From Yuukianura sp. NJ FZ-2021 (taxonomy: Eukaryota): a DNA stretch of 64,000 bases. Positions within the stretch are counted from its first letter, which is position 1; every line of letters begins with the position of its first letter. Both the position numbers and the translations under genes were made by a program. Of this stretch, positions 52,478 through 64,000 are shown piece by piece. The DNA lies in contig CM102285.1 in NCBI GenBank assembly GCA_046563655.1, forward strand, positions 10,292,001 to 10,356,000, read 5' to 3'. The notes under the pieces were generated by a model. The model saw only the letters and a list, made by a program, of their open reading frames with translations, was not told where the DNA came from and did not search any database.

Positions 52478-55400
52478 ATGGCTTGGGTCTCCAGTGAATT
52501 GTTCCCGATTCGGTGGTGGTGGACTCCGTTCTTGCTCGCTCTGCTTCTCCCGGGTATTTGCTCAGGAGACCCCTTTGGGAACCGGAACTTTGGAAGCGGC
52601 GGGAATCAAGGCAAGTCTAAGGGTAAAAGTGTGGCCTTGGCCCCCCTAACTTTCTCCCTCGTCTACATTACCTATTCAACCACCGCCTAATACACTTAAG
52701 CGTCCTCACTCTGATCTCCAGTCAAAGCTTAGAGTTTTGTTCAAAAAAGTTTCAGTTTCAAGGGCCACGAGTCCCTTGAAAACTTGAATTTTTAGAGCAC
52801 AGGTTGGAATTTTAGAGTTTTCAAACGTAACACTAATACTTCACGAACACGAAAGGCTAACCAATGACGTGGAAAACGGCAAAGGGAAGTGATTCAGCGG
52901 AATTGGATAACTTTTCCTCTCCAGTTAACTTAACCTGGAAAGGACTTGAATGACAAATAAGGCAGTCAAGTCAATTATATCTGAAACTGTACTGAAATGA
53001 AAAACGAAGAGAGAGGAAATCCAGAATTTACAAAGTCCAAATATGGAAACATTTCAATTTATGTTTTGAAACTTTGGTGTTTTGTCCAGGAATGATTTAA
53101 ATTCTGACAAGATCGTATGCAGCAGGGAGCACTTTTATGACTATGACATGAAGACAGGTCATATTTCACACACAAATTTTGGACAAGAATTGCATCGCTT
53201 TGAGCATTTAGTTGTAACGTTGTGGGAGTGATGACAGGTCTAATTGCAATTTCAATTATAAAATCTCAAGAAGCTGCAACTAATCTTGTCTGAAGCACGT
53301 GAAGATCAAATGTCAAAGGTCAAATTGAAATTATAACGCCACTTATCTTTTCTCAGCAGTCTGTGTTTAGCATAACTTTCTTTAAAAAAAGTTCAACTCC
53401 CGCGGTAATAAAAGAAAGCATTAGTTTTGAAAAGTTTTTCTCTTTTTGCATGTCCGTTTTTACCAAAAATTTCAAATTTTGGACAGAAAAGTTTGACGTG
53501 TTTAGGAGAGTGATGAGCAGAAATTTGAAGAGGGATGAGTATTTTTGTTTTCAAGTGCTGTCATGATTTGATTGATAATCACAAACACACCTTCTACACC
53601 TTGGTCCATCACAGCATCTCAAATCGGATCCATCTTCTGTGGTTAGCTTTATCTTTCCAACAGTGTCACCCCGAAGACAGTTGCGTGACAAAGGTCTTGG
53701 AATGGTCTTTTGACATGACACGTCCCTCAAGGCCTACGCCTCCACCCTCGAGCCCTTAACTTATTTTACAGCTCTCTGAAAAAATTAAATGAAGGCACTT
53801 ACACATCTTTCCATTCCTAGCATATCATTTTCACATCTTTGACTGAAGCTGATGAAGGGTTTGTCTTATCCATCTTCCCCTCTTTAAAATCCGAACATGA
53901 TCTTCTTCGAAGACAAGGAGATGCGCTGCATCCTAAACGCCTAGCCCATAACAAAGTACATTGAGGCTAAGGAATTTTGGAAATTTTGGCCCAGGACCTT
54001 TTGGATTTGTACTGTGAATGAAAAGAATTTCGTGCCACCAACGCGATGCATAGAGTTAAGGGAAAGCATAAGGTTTAGAAGTGACGCTTACATGGTGAAG
54101 TGAGTCCAATTTTCCTGGAGGAGTCCTTAGGACCCCTCCTGGGGAGTCCAGAAGTGGACCTTTGAAGTGATTTGTTTATTAGCCATAATTCAATTGTTGT
54201 GGAAATGACTCTCTTCTCGATTTTCCATCTGTGGATCATAAGTGTTTAGATCTTTCCCTGGGAAATTGTGGTTCAAAGACCACCAACCACTGAACGATGG
54301 ACCATGCCCAATTCAAAGTTCTAAATTGCCCATTTGAGATCCATTTAGATCCACCCATGATCTATTACTTACTTGTACGCAATCCCTGCGTTTTTCTTCA
54401 CGAGTCAAACTAACTTCAAACTAAAGAAATGCCTTTCACCTTTCCTGTTTTAGGAAACGAAAGCGACCAGTTTCCAAAAAGATAGACCAAAATGACATGC
54501 ATTTGTAGAATTCGTTACCCATGCCCTATGCAATTTTTTTTAGTAGAAAGTTGTGATAAATTCTGAACCTTCAGGAGTTTTGTACTGAGTATTCGAGTGT
54601 AGCATAATAAATAATACGTATAAAAAGCTTTGGAAAAGACGGCTTTTCGTTTTTCAATTTACAAATTGCCTTTAATTGCGGCTTTTTAAAAAATTATTTC
54701 TGAAAAACTACAACACAGAAGAAAGTTGGGGAAAAATTTCACTTGCGATGTTTAGTAAACGTCAATTCACCAAGAGATTCACTTCCATAAAACACAATTA
54801 CTATCATCATTGTGTAATTTACTTCACCTCAAAAGTACTTAAAGAACTACAAGGCATACATCAACTGAAATACAAATATTTTGAAAAAAAAATGATGAAA
54901 GGAAGCAAATATATTTGATTTAGCGGCTCTCTGATTTCGAGTTTGGCAATTTATCAAACTAAACGCCAACTTAATATTTCTTATCTGAAAAAATCATTTT
55001 GTTTATATACTTGGGTCTTACAGATAGGTTACAGAAAGTGTGTGTTACTTGAACTTATTTTAATTTAATTTTAGTATGTTTATTGTTATATTTTTATCAT
55101 TGTTTCCTTTTAATGAAATTTCAGATGCAATAGAGGAACATGATCTTCTCCAAGCCATCCGAGTTCCATTTGATGATCCACGGACTCAATTCTTTGACTC
55201 TGGTTTGGATGGATTTCCAGCCTATGGACTACGGGAAGGAGCAGACATCAAGGCCCATTACAGGTAAAACCATAACACAAACTTTTTCAATATTTTTAGT
55301 TTCAAATGCCATTTTTAATCACAATTTTGAATTTTCAGACTCTTTTTGCCGGATCGACTGTACAGAGACTTTGCGCTCCTTGCTACTGTGAAGCCAGATC

Positions 55401-56223
55401 GAAGAGACATTTCATACGTTTTTGCAGTCGTGAATCCCTTGGACACTTTGGTTCAATTTGGACTCAAGGTTGCCACTTCTAGTTTGACACTTCCAGAATT
55501 GCTACCAAATGACTCACTTGAACCTTAAATGAATCATGAGTATCAGGAATCACGAGTCAAGAGTCATTGAGAAGAGTCGTAACGATATTTCCTTTTGCAG
55601 ATTTTGCGGAACGCAGATCTTACAGATAATCTTGCAAAAATGTTTTGACTGTTCTCAAATGACAACTGACTCGTGAAAACAAAACTGTTAAGTCATCAAT
55701 CCTTTGTTTTTACTGTGTGTGACCTGTGACCTGAACATGGTTTGCTTAGCGTCTCAACCGACGACCCAACATGTTTAATGATCTCCTTGAAAGGAAATTT
55801 GAAAAAACAAAATGAATCTCTTACAGCACTTTTTTTGTGTGATTTTAAACAGATCTCACCCAGCTTGACTTCAACTCAAAGCGTAATCTCTCTTCTGTAC
55901 ACAGATCATAGTAGTCACTTGGTGACCCAGACGCTGACCTCCTTTGAAGTTCCCCTCATGACCAAAAAATGGAATCGCTTTTCCCTCAAGGTAACAAACA
56001 ACATAAACAAAACCATAAAAAATTTAAGTACCTAACCAGTTAACAATTTTTAGTAACCTGCGGTTTGACCCCTTAGGTTGTTGGAGATAACATTACGCTC
56101 TACCTAAATTGCAAACTACATAGTTCTCAAATGGCAATGCGTAATCCCAAGGAACTGGCTTTTGACAGTGCTTCGACGCTGTATATTGGCCAGGCAGGTC
56201 CTATTCTCAAAGGAAATTTTCAG
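52478..56223 (+). CDS. Mp: Multiplexin / collagen XV-XVIII alpha chain, 5' part (signal peptide + TSPN/laminin-G-like domain); the gene continues beyond the window. Exons 52478-52610 (or -52622), 55125-55263, 55339-55468, 55853-55990, 56077-56223.
   Basis: Signal peptide MAWVSSELFPIRWWWTPFLLALLLPGICSG, then HDLLQAIRVPF, GLDGFPAYG, YRLFLPDRLYRDFALLATVKP, FAVVNPLDTLVQFGLK, ISLLYTD, KWNRFSLKV, ITLYLNC and LAFDSASTLYIGQAGP, which I recognise as the arthropod Multiplexin N-terminal TSPN domain. Phases 1,2,0,0 are consistent. No Gly-X-Y exons were seen in the window. Confidence 0.9.
55720..55732 (-). promoter_or_regulatory. Perfect nuclear-receptor DR1 element in a Multiplexin intron
   Basis: TGACCT-G-TGACCT, i.e. 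AGGTCA-C-AGGTCA on the minus strand. Confidence 0.5.
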
Positions 56224-59200
56224 GTAACATAGTGTACACAAAAGTGTATCTAAAAATGATGAACGCTTTACGCAATATTATTGGACTTGATCTTGATCTT
56301 CGGGGGGACTTAAGGGATATTTCTGTCTTATCCAGATGAAAGGCACCAGAAAGTGAAAAACTTAGGCACGAATGAGCCTTTGTTTTATCCTCCGCATCAT
56401 TTCGATTTCTAATCAACATGGGATAAACACTTAAGTGAATTAAGTCTTTTAAAACTGAAGTTTCAGTAGTTGATGAAAAAATAGGCGCAGAAATTCTGTA
56501 TCCAAATCCGTAAATCTCCAGATAAGCCAATTTATAAATAGTAGCTATAAATAGTAGTAACATTTTGTTTTCACTTTCACTCACTCGAGCAGTTTTCGAT
56601 TAATTTGGAGGAAGACCTCTCGCTGGTTCAAGAGCAGAGATAGGTAAAAATTTTGACACGAAAGAGTTTTTGGAAACTAAAAAAATTTGACCATTTGCAT
56701 TACTCAAGCGTGTAGGCTGAAGTTGAGAAAAAAAACTCTTGATGATAATACTTGAACTTTCTTTTGTTCATAAAATCCAGCAGGGGCATGTTCCGTGTAG
56801 TAACACTCTCCAGAAGTTATGGAAAGTGAAAATGCATAATTTTTTATAATGAAAAATGAAAATCTCACAAAAGAAAATAATTTGGAGATTTATTTCTTTA
56901 GAACCCATTGTTTTGGTCTGAGTAAGAACATGGGAAGGGAGAGAATTCTTTTGTGAAGACATAAATGCTTTTTCCTGCATCGTCTGTTGCCATTGTAAGT
57001 CTTACGGAGGAATTGAATTAGGATTTTTATGGGATTCCATAAGTATGGAAAGGGAAAAGAATGGAGAAAGTACTGTAGGTTGTGAACCACTTATGAGCAG
57101 GACTTTCTTTTAATTAAACTTTCTCCCTTGTTAACAGCTCAAACTGCTACTAATATTTTACCACTCTTTTTATTCACTTTCCCTACCGCTTCTGTACCAA
57201 ACATTTCGAACTTTTTTTAACTTTTCTAAAATCTAGATTTTTGAATTTTTCTGTCATTCAAAATTCATTTCTCACAATACCCACTACTGCGGAAAACTCT
57301 AAAGTTAATCCCCAGTCACCTACTTTCCGTCAGCTCGGTTATCAGTTGTGTGCTTTGGTGTTATTTTGAAAATTCGGTTTGGTTTGAATACAAGAGCACT
57401 GTTTGGTCGAATAATGTTCAAGTTTTCAAATTTTCAGCCGAGCAGTCTCAAAATTAGAAAAATTCATCTTAAAGCAATATGTTTTTGAAAATGATAAGGA
57501 AAGACAGAGGAAAATTTTGGAAATGAAACCGCTGTCAACTGTGGTTATAGTTTAAACAAAACTTTACTTTCTCCTTTCTCCCACATTTTAAAATCAACGA
57601 AACGAAATCTGATAGTCGGAGACAGTTTTCTCTCTCTGCCTTTCCTTTTCAATTCAAATAATGTGAGTCATAAATTATCATGTTTTAATTCTTGTGGTCC
57701 AAAACCATCTTCTTTACCTAGAAAAGAAAACAGAAAAAGGGAAATGTGTATTTCCTATTACACAAAGTCCCTTTGGCATTCCTTATAAGTCTCTTCTACA
57801 ATGTACAAGAAAAGGAAGAAGTGATAAATCGTTTCCACTACTGATGTATTAATTACACGAGGGGAAAATCGTTCTTGTCTGATTTTCCTTATAAAAGTGG
57901 ATTTGGTGGAAATGGAGAGGGTCTATTAGGGTTCTATTTCCAATGAATAATGGACTTAGGTTAGGCTAGGATAAAGGTGATGGTTAGTGCAGTTCAGGGT
58001 TTACATTAACAAAGCAACTTCCAATGAATCTGGAGGTGTTCTCCTGTTGAGAGATTAATGTTCGGTTGGCCTCTAAAAGTGTCCGTCGATGAAATGTTGC
58101 TTTTCTTATAGTATTCTTTCCCTTGACTTTAGCTGGGACAATTACAGCGTCAAAGTGTTGGGGCAGCTGGAGCTAAATACATTTTTTGAACTAAATATAG
58201 CATATTTCCCAAGTCTAATTCAAAGGAAATGATAAAGGGACAGTAGGATTTGGAGGTATTATATTCTGAACTTCCAAAACTGAAATCTAGAATCTTCAAA
58301 GTCTCTTTTTGATTCATATTCAAGTCAAGCTAGTCCGATGTGAAAGTTTTGAACTGGAGAAAGCCCTGGCTGTGATGATTCCAATCAATTTAATAAGCCT
58401 GTCTCATTCAATTGAACTGAACCCGCTGTGTCACTTCGACTGAATTTTAAATGAAATCGAGATAGGGAGGATCTGCTGGTACTGGAACGTGATCTGCCTA
58501 AAATTTCATAATTTGTAATATAAGCTTCATTTTACCAAAAATAGTATTTCTAAAAATTCATTTTGATACATTGCGTATTACATGGTAGAATTTTAACATG
58601 ATTTGTTGCGGAGAAAACTTGCAAATTAGGGAATGCTGCTAATCGGCATTGGCACAATTTACTTTTTATTATTTAACATTACGAACGTTCCGTCGTTGCA
58701 AATTCAAGAACAATTAGAAAGAATTATGGATTATCTTGCAATCTTGAGTTTCGATTTTAATGAAATACTAAAAAAAATTCATAACTTCTTAGTTTTTCAG
58801 AAGCAAGGGTTTTTTTTTTTTCTTGAAACAGAAGAAAGAAAGCCTATCAGTGTCTCTATTTTTCTTTAATGCTCCCAGTTTTTTGGAAGTGCATCGCTAT
58901 AAGTTCCGATCGAAGATGACTTGAAAAATGCTCTGTCAACAGATGCAGAATCGATTAAGTAGATTTTAACTTTTTCTTTCCAAAGTATTCTATTTCCTCC
59001 CCGCAGCCCTTCGTTTTGGGTTAGGGTTAAACTTTCTCGTTTTACCAAGTGAAAGTGCTTTGGAATGCTTTTTTTAACCTTGTCGTTTCAACAAAAAGAC
59101 AGAAGTAAGAAATCTAAAACTAAAGATTTAGGTTCTGCCGCTGAAGTTAAGTTAGAACATGGAATTTTTTATTTTTTTCTTAAACAAGAAGGCGGGTTTC

Positions 59201-60557
59201 CGTAGACTGGATTCAATTCCAAGCCTATTGCATTTATTATCATCATTCCTCTCCCGATTTCCTTGTGCTTTCTCTCCTCTGGTGACACGACGACTTTCTC
59301 TTTCCCGCCCTTCAGACGCTAAGAAGACGACGACCAGAAACCAACACCCCGGCAAACACTGCTCAAAATTATTAGAGTTCACAGTCTAGTGCATATCAAC
59401 TTTTCCAACAGTTTCCAAAAGTTTAGAAATTGTTCAAGTGAAAAGGTGAGATAAATTAGGAATAATTTCAAAGTGAAAGTAGAGCCAAAAGTGAACGTGA
59501 AAGCTTCATAAAGTGAAAGTTGTTTTTCCACGTGCGGTGGTGGAGCGTTTCCTCCTTGTTTTTGTTTTTTGGTAGCATAAAAGGCTCGTGTGCCCGGAGG
59601 TCAAAGGGGGATCAGCTACTTCTTTTTCAAAATAGAAAACACATGGCCGGTAGTAGGGATAAAAGGCTTTTCAACTTTTTGAAAATGTCCGATAGGGCTT
59701 AAAAACATTATGACTTTTACTAAAAGTTCATAATGGAAGTTCTTCTTATGTCTATTTATGGACTCAAATCATCTAGCACCATTTCACTTCAAATATTCTT
59801 TCTAACATTTTAAAACTTTTGGGTGCAACAGTTTAGTTTTTGACAAGGAATCGTTTATTTACCACCACCAGGAAGTTATAAAAATGGTGAAATATTTTCT
59901 TGCCTAACTTAGCAAGTATAAAAGTTCACACTTTTAAAACAGAAAGTTCACAGTCTAACATCAAAGTAAGCCAATACTTCAGGAGTTTGATTTTTTTGAA
60001 TTGGTTAGTCCGCAGGTTTTTCCATTTTGACAGTTTTCGTTACTTTTGAAATTTCAAAAATCACCGGGCATGACATTCTCTTTTATCCAGAAAAAAAATA
60101 TGTCAAGTGAAAAGTGTTCTTGTGGACTACAGTTGTTCGTGTGGTTTTTCTGGTGGTGAAAGCAATAATGCAAAAAATCTCATCACTTTGCTCTTGAATA
60201 AGGGATTTCTTGTTCCCATTGTCTCTAGACAATTCCCATTATTTTCGCTCCATGCTTTCTCCTTCATGCTCTAAGTATCTCTATGCCAAGAACACAATTT
60301 CTGTAAGAAAAGAAAAGCTTCCTTCAAATTATTTTTCCGACAACTTTTTTTCCTCATAGTGTTTCCAAATTTTCAAAATTGCAAAAAATCAACGACGAGG
60401 GTATTAAATTTGCAATAATAAGTCAGAACTGCTTTTACGCCTCGTTGGTTCCCTGACGCCTTTCACTGTGATATAAAACTGTGACAGTTAAAAATTGGTG
60501 CTACCCGGATTTTTGTAATTCTACAAAGGTTTTTTTCTGTCCGTGCTTCAAAAGAAC

Positions 60558-60803
60558 ATGGCTCTAGTATGTTCAGCTCGTTCTAAAATTTGGTCAGTGA
60601 TTTGTGTTCTGGTGGCGGGGGTGGCTCTGACCATGATGATTGGTGGGGCCCTAGGGTGGTTTGAATCAAAAGAACCCGTTACCACTGTGGGCCCAAAGGA
60701 AGAACGACGGAAGACGCTGGTTGCAAATATGGGACTTATTCCCAGTGTACATCAAGCGAACAACGAGACTTCAACTACGTTGACGACCAGCGGAGATGAA
60801 AAG
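60558..60803 (+). CDS. Mp: Putative alternative first coding exon of Multiplexin with a long hydrophobic signal-anchor segment (may extend to 60824)
   Basis: Acceptor ...cttcaaaag then aacATG; encodes MALVCSARSKIWSVICVLVAGVALTMMIGGALGWFESKEP... Phase-0 donor candidates AAG|GCAAGG (60803) and TAC|GTTAGG (60824) match the phase 0 of the last TSPN exon. A candidate upstream non-coding exon ends at AAAAG|GTGAGA (59445). Confidence 0.6.
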
Positions 60804-61263
60804 GCAAGGACTAACATATTATACGTTAGGAATGCAGGAGGCTTTAGATTCGCTTTATGCTTTCCCTTCTTATTTCATTAACTTAAATGTTTCGTTAGGA
60901 AATAATTAACTTTTGTCTAACTCAATTACTGGTTCGAGGCCTCCCTCATGCGTCCATGCCTTGCAACTTAGTAACAGTTAAACCTCCAGGCTTCAGTAAT
61001 AACCTTCATAAGCTTTCGCTATTCAAGCGCTTGCTTTCTCCTCGCTTTTTAATGACTCCGCTTCTAAACGTGTGGAACAACAGGCTTGCTTTGCTTTGTT
61101 TTCTGTTTTAAAAAGTTTGTATTGACACGTAGGCTCGAGGGAGATTCATGATTGATGATTCCAATTAGCCCAAGAGTCCATTCAAATTCAAAGTAGGTTG
61201 GTTCTAGTCAAGCATAACTTATCCAAAGCTACTTTCCTATTCATTGACAAATTGATGATCAGA

Positions 61264-61276
61264 AGGTCAGAGGTCA
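61264..61276 (+). promoter_or_regulatory. Perfect nuclear-receptor DR1 element downstream of the alternative Multiplexin exon
   Basis: AGGTCA-G-AGGTCA read directly. Confidence 0.5.
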
Positions 61277-64000
61277 ACTTGGAAAACCGATTTGGTTGGG
61301 AAAATTTTTGGGTTTTCAATCCATTGTATCTGTTAACCTAGGTGAATGGAGCAGTTCTCATAAAAATTGGAATTACATAGAAAATAGGCTAACGCTGAAA
61401 CGCTATCTTCACTCCAGTTTGAGTAGGCGTGAAAAAACATAAGAGTGCCAGTTTTTAGAGCAAATAACAAGACTTGGAAATGAGGCCTTCAGTTGCAAAA
61501 TTAGCATTTTGATGGCAGAGGACACAGAGATGGAAATGGCAAAGTGTTGACTCTCCAGTAGGTCTCTCTACGTTTGCTAAATGGATAAGACAACATGCCA
61601 TTTCCATACAACTGGAATTCCCGTCTTTGTGCTTCCAAATCTGTCAAAGACAAAAGAATTTGATCCAAATCTGGCCAAAATTGGTAGTGGAAAAGCCTAA
61701 CCAAATTGAGTGAAAGTAAACGCAGAAGTCTAGAAGGAGGCTAAAAGCTAGTTTTAAAAGGAGTGCCGACCATGTTGGAATGGAATCAATAATAATTATT
61801 CACTTGAGGTGTTAAGGTGTTAATTAACCTCACCACCTTTGCAAATTACAAGTTTTTACTTAAAATGTTTGAAAAGTTGTTCTTAGACACCTCTTTTACA
61901 TGGTCTCCTGTCAATTACAATTCCAGACTTTCCAGAATTTGCAACAAAATTCTATTCATCTCCCTCAACACTATTCAAAACTCAGTGAAATTTATTTGAT
62001 CCAAAGGTACTTAAAATTCAAAAAATGTTTTATCTTGTAGCTTGTACACTTAATCAATCGAGAAAAATCTTGTGCACATTACTTAGGAATTGGCAAACAA
62101 GTTTCTGAATTAGTACCAACAAGCTGCTTAGCCCACAATTCTCTCTGTTAGTACTACATTCGATCTGTCCTTCTTTGGGTAAATTCTAACAAAAATTCTA
62201 GTTATAAATCCTAACTGAATTTGCAGCTTTGGAAATTTCATCCTACATACTAGATGCTGTTTATTTTGAATTTTGACCTAACCTTGGCGAGACATAAAAA
62301 TGAGATCAGAAGTCGAGATGCCAGTGAAGCATAAACATAAATTGCAATGCGGATACTACTTTCAAAAATTACAATTGTTTCTCAGTATTTCCAATGCTAA
62401 TGAGGTCTCACAAGTTGCGAATCCTCCAATTTGCAAATCTGGAAGAACCACTTTTCAAGTTATGAGACATTGCGAATGTGCGAAGTTGAAGTTTGGATTA
62501 TATGAAATGTCGCTGTGGAATATTTTATATCACTCCCTCTCCCTACTAATTTTGGTAATTATTATTCACCTTTTGTTTCTACTTAACTCGCACCCAGTTT
62601 CCCAATTTACACTCTTCGAAATCTTGAGTATATTCATTGATTTGAATTGAATAGGCTTCGGAAACTTGTTTGGAAAACCTTGACACTCACATAAGACGCT
62701 TCGTTAGTCATCCTCATCAGTGTAGTTTAGTAGTTAGGTCATATTCGTCCGAAACCAAGAGACAATGGGTGTGTGTGGACAGTGTTACTGAAAGTTAGTA
62801 CTGCCCGTAAGAAAAGACTGCTTACACCATTGTTTTATAAACTACAAAATACAATCTTTTGGTGAAAATCATTTCCAGTTCTTCAGAGATCATAAACTGA
62901 GGTAAAACCTTAGGAAATCTTTGCCTCGTTTCTACCTGATTTACTTGTCTGTTTCATCTTGACACTTAAGGTCTAGTTTTTTTATGATTTTGGATTTGGA
63001 GATCTTCCCTCGAAATAGTTTTCTCCCTTTGGACTTAAGTGCCTACTGCCCTCACCTAGAAATATTTTAGTGAGAAATTTACACCAAGAGAAGTGTAGTA
63101 CTGGACAACCCATGGTGTTCCGAAAACTTATTCAAAATCTTACGCCCAAACGCTTTGTACAATCTCAGAGAGTCTGATAAGACAGGGGAGGAGACCAGAA
63201 CGCTGCTTTTAGCACAAGTGAAGAAGTTAATTTCGGCAAAAATCTAAAATCTCTGGCCAGTTTAGTTTGGGAAGCTTCGAAATTAAGTCTGTTCTAGTTC
63301 TGGTTCCCTTAAATATATTCCAACCCTGGTATAAATTTTATGCCTAAAATCTTCAGAGTTCATCAGAGTCAAGTTCTTCTTTGCTTTGGGTTTGTATTAA
63401 AAGTGTCCTCAAATTCTCATTGAACTAAATCCTCATAAGGAGGTTAAAAAAGTCTGTGTCACAGACGCATCATCGCTTGAAATTAAGTTTGTGTTGGTTT
63501 TGGATCATAAATTTTGAGAGTGCTTATCAACACTCAAGAAGATTTTCTTGACAGATTTTCGGCGAGATCATAACATTTATGTAATTGCGGCTATTATGGA
63601 TACTACTGATGAAGATGCGGTGAATCGGAACTTGCGACATGAAATTTTTCATTTGTTTTTGAAAACTGAGCTCCTGGAAGTTTTCTTTTCAAAATTTGAA
63701 ATGAAGTTGGGATTGCATTTTGAAGAATGTGAAAAATGAAGTGTTAAGATCAAGTCCAAGAAGTTGTGAAAATGCTCTCTCGGATTCTGTATGTTTTACT
63801 GGCACTTTTGGTTCTGAAGGGCTCCATTCAAGATCTAAAACTCTATGGAATGCCAGGCGTAGCCGAAGTCCAGTGTGACGACTCCCTTACGGTGTGTTAA
63901 TCAATCTTCAAAATTTATTCTTTTGTTTCAAAAACAGGATATTTGTTTTCCCACAAAAAAATAAGACATCAACAATGACTGAAGAACAAAAGACAATGGA

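Noticed and set aside
16845..56223. Functional cluster of proline synthesis (P5CR) with a collagen gene
   Set aside because: They are ~35 kb apart with an unrelated gene between, and nothing in the sequence indicates co-regulation.
1..64000. CRISPR arrays, prokaryotic defence systems, autonomous transposase or reverse-transcriptase ORFs
   Set aside because: No repeat-spacer periodicity and no such ORFs; all long ORFs are accounted for by spliced host genes.

Overview
AT-rich, intron-containing eukaryotic DNA, most likely from an arthropod (inferred from a Multiplexin-type collagen XV/XVIII gene, an arthropod-style DH-PH RhoGEF and short introns). I found no prokaryotic operons, CRISPR arrays, rRNA or tRNA. 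Six spliced genes could be reconstructed by hand with phase-consistent GT-AG junctions: (1) a secreted Kunitz/BPTI-domain gene on the minus strand, running off the left edge; (2) a GNAT / glycine-N-acyltransferase-like gene (-); (3) a ~1167-aa low-complexity protein with an N-terminal SILK-like/RVxF motif pair (+); (4) a PYCR3-like pyrroline-5-carboxylate reductase (-); (5) a ~2360-aa RhoGEF with a very long disordered N-terminus and C-terminal zinc-ribbon-like, DH and PH regions (+); (6) the 5' part of a Multiplexin/collagen XV-XVIII gene (+), running off the right edge. The most interesting leads are in Multiplexin: an internal alternative first coding exon that may encode a type II membrane anchor, possible GC-AG donors on both first coding exons, and two perfect nuclear-receptor DR1 elements plus AP-1-like and Blimp-1-like motif clusters in its introns. 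I cannot demonstrate a wholly new biological system from sequence alone. All gene models are manual and have not been checked against transcripts or databases.
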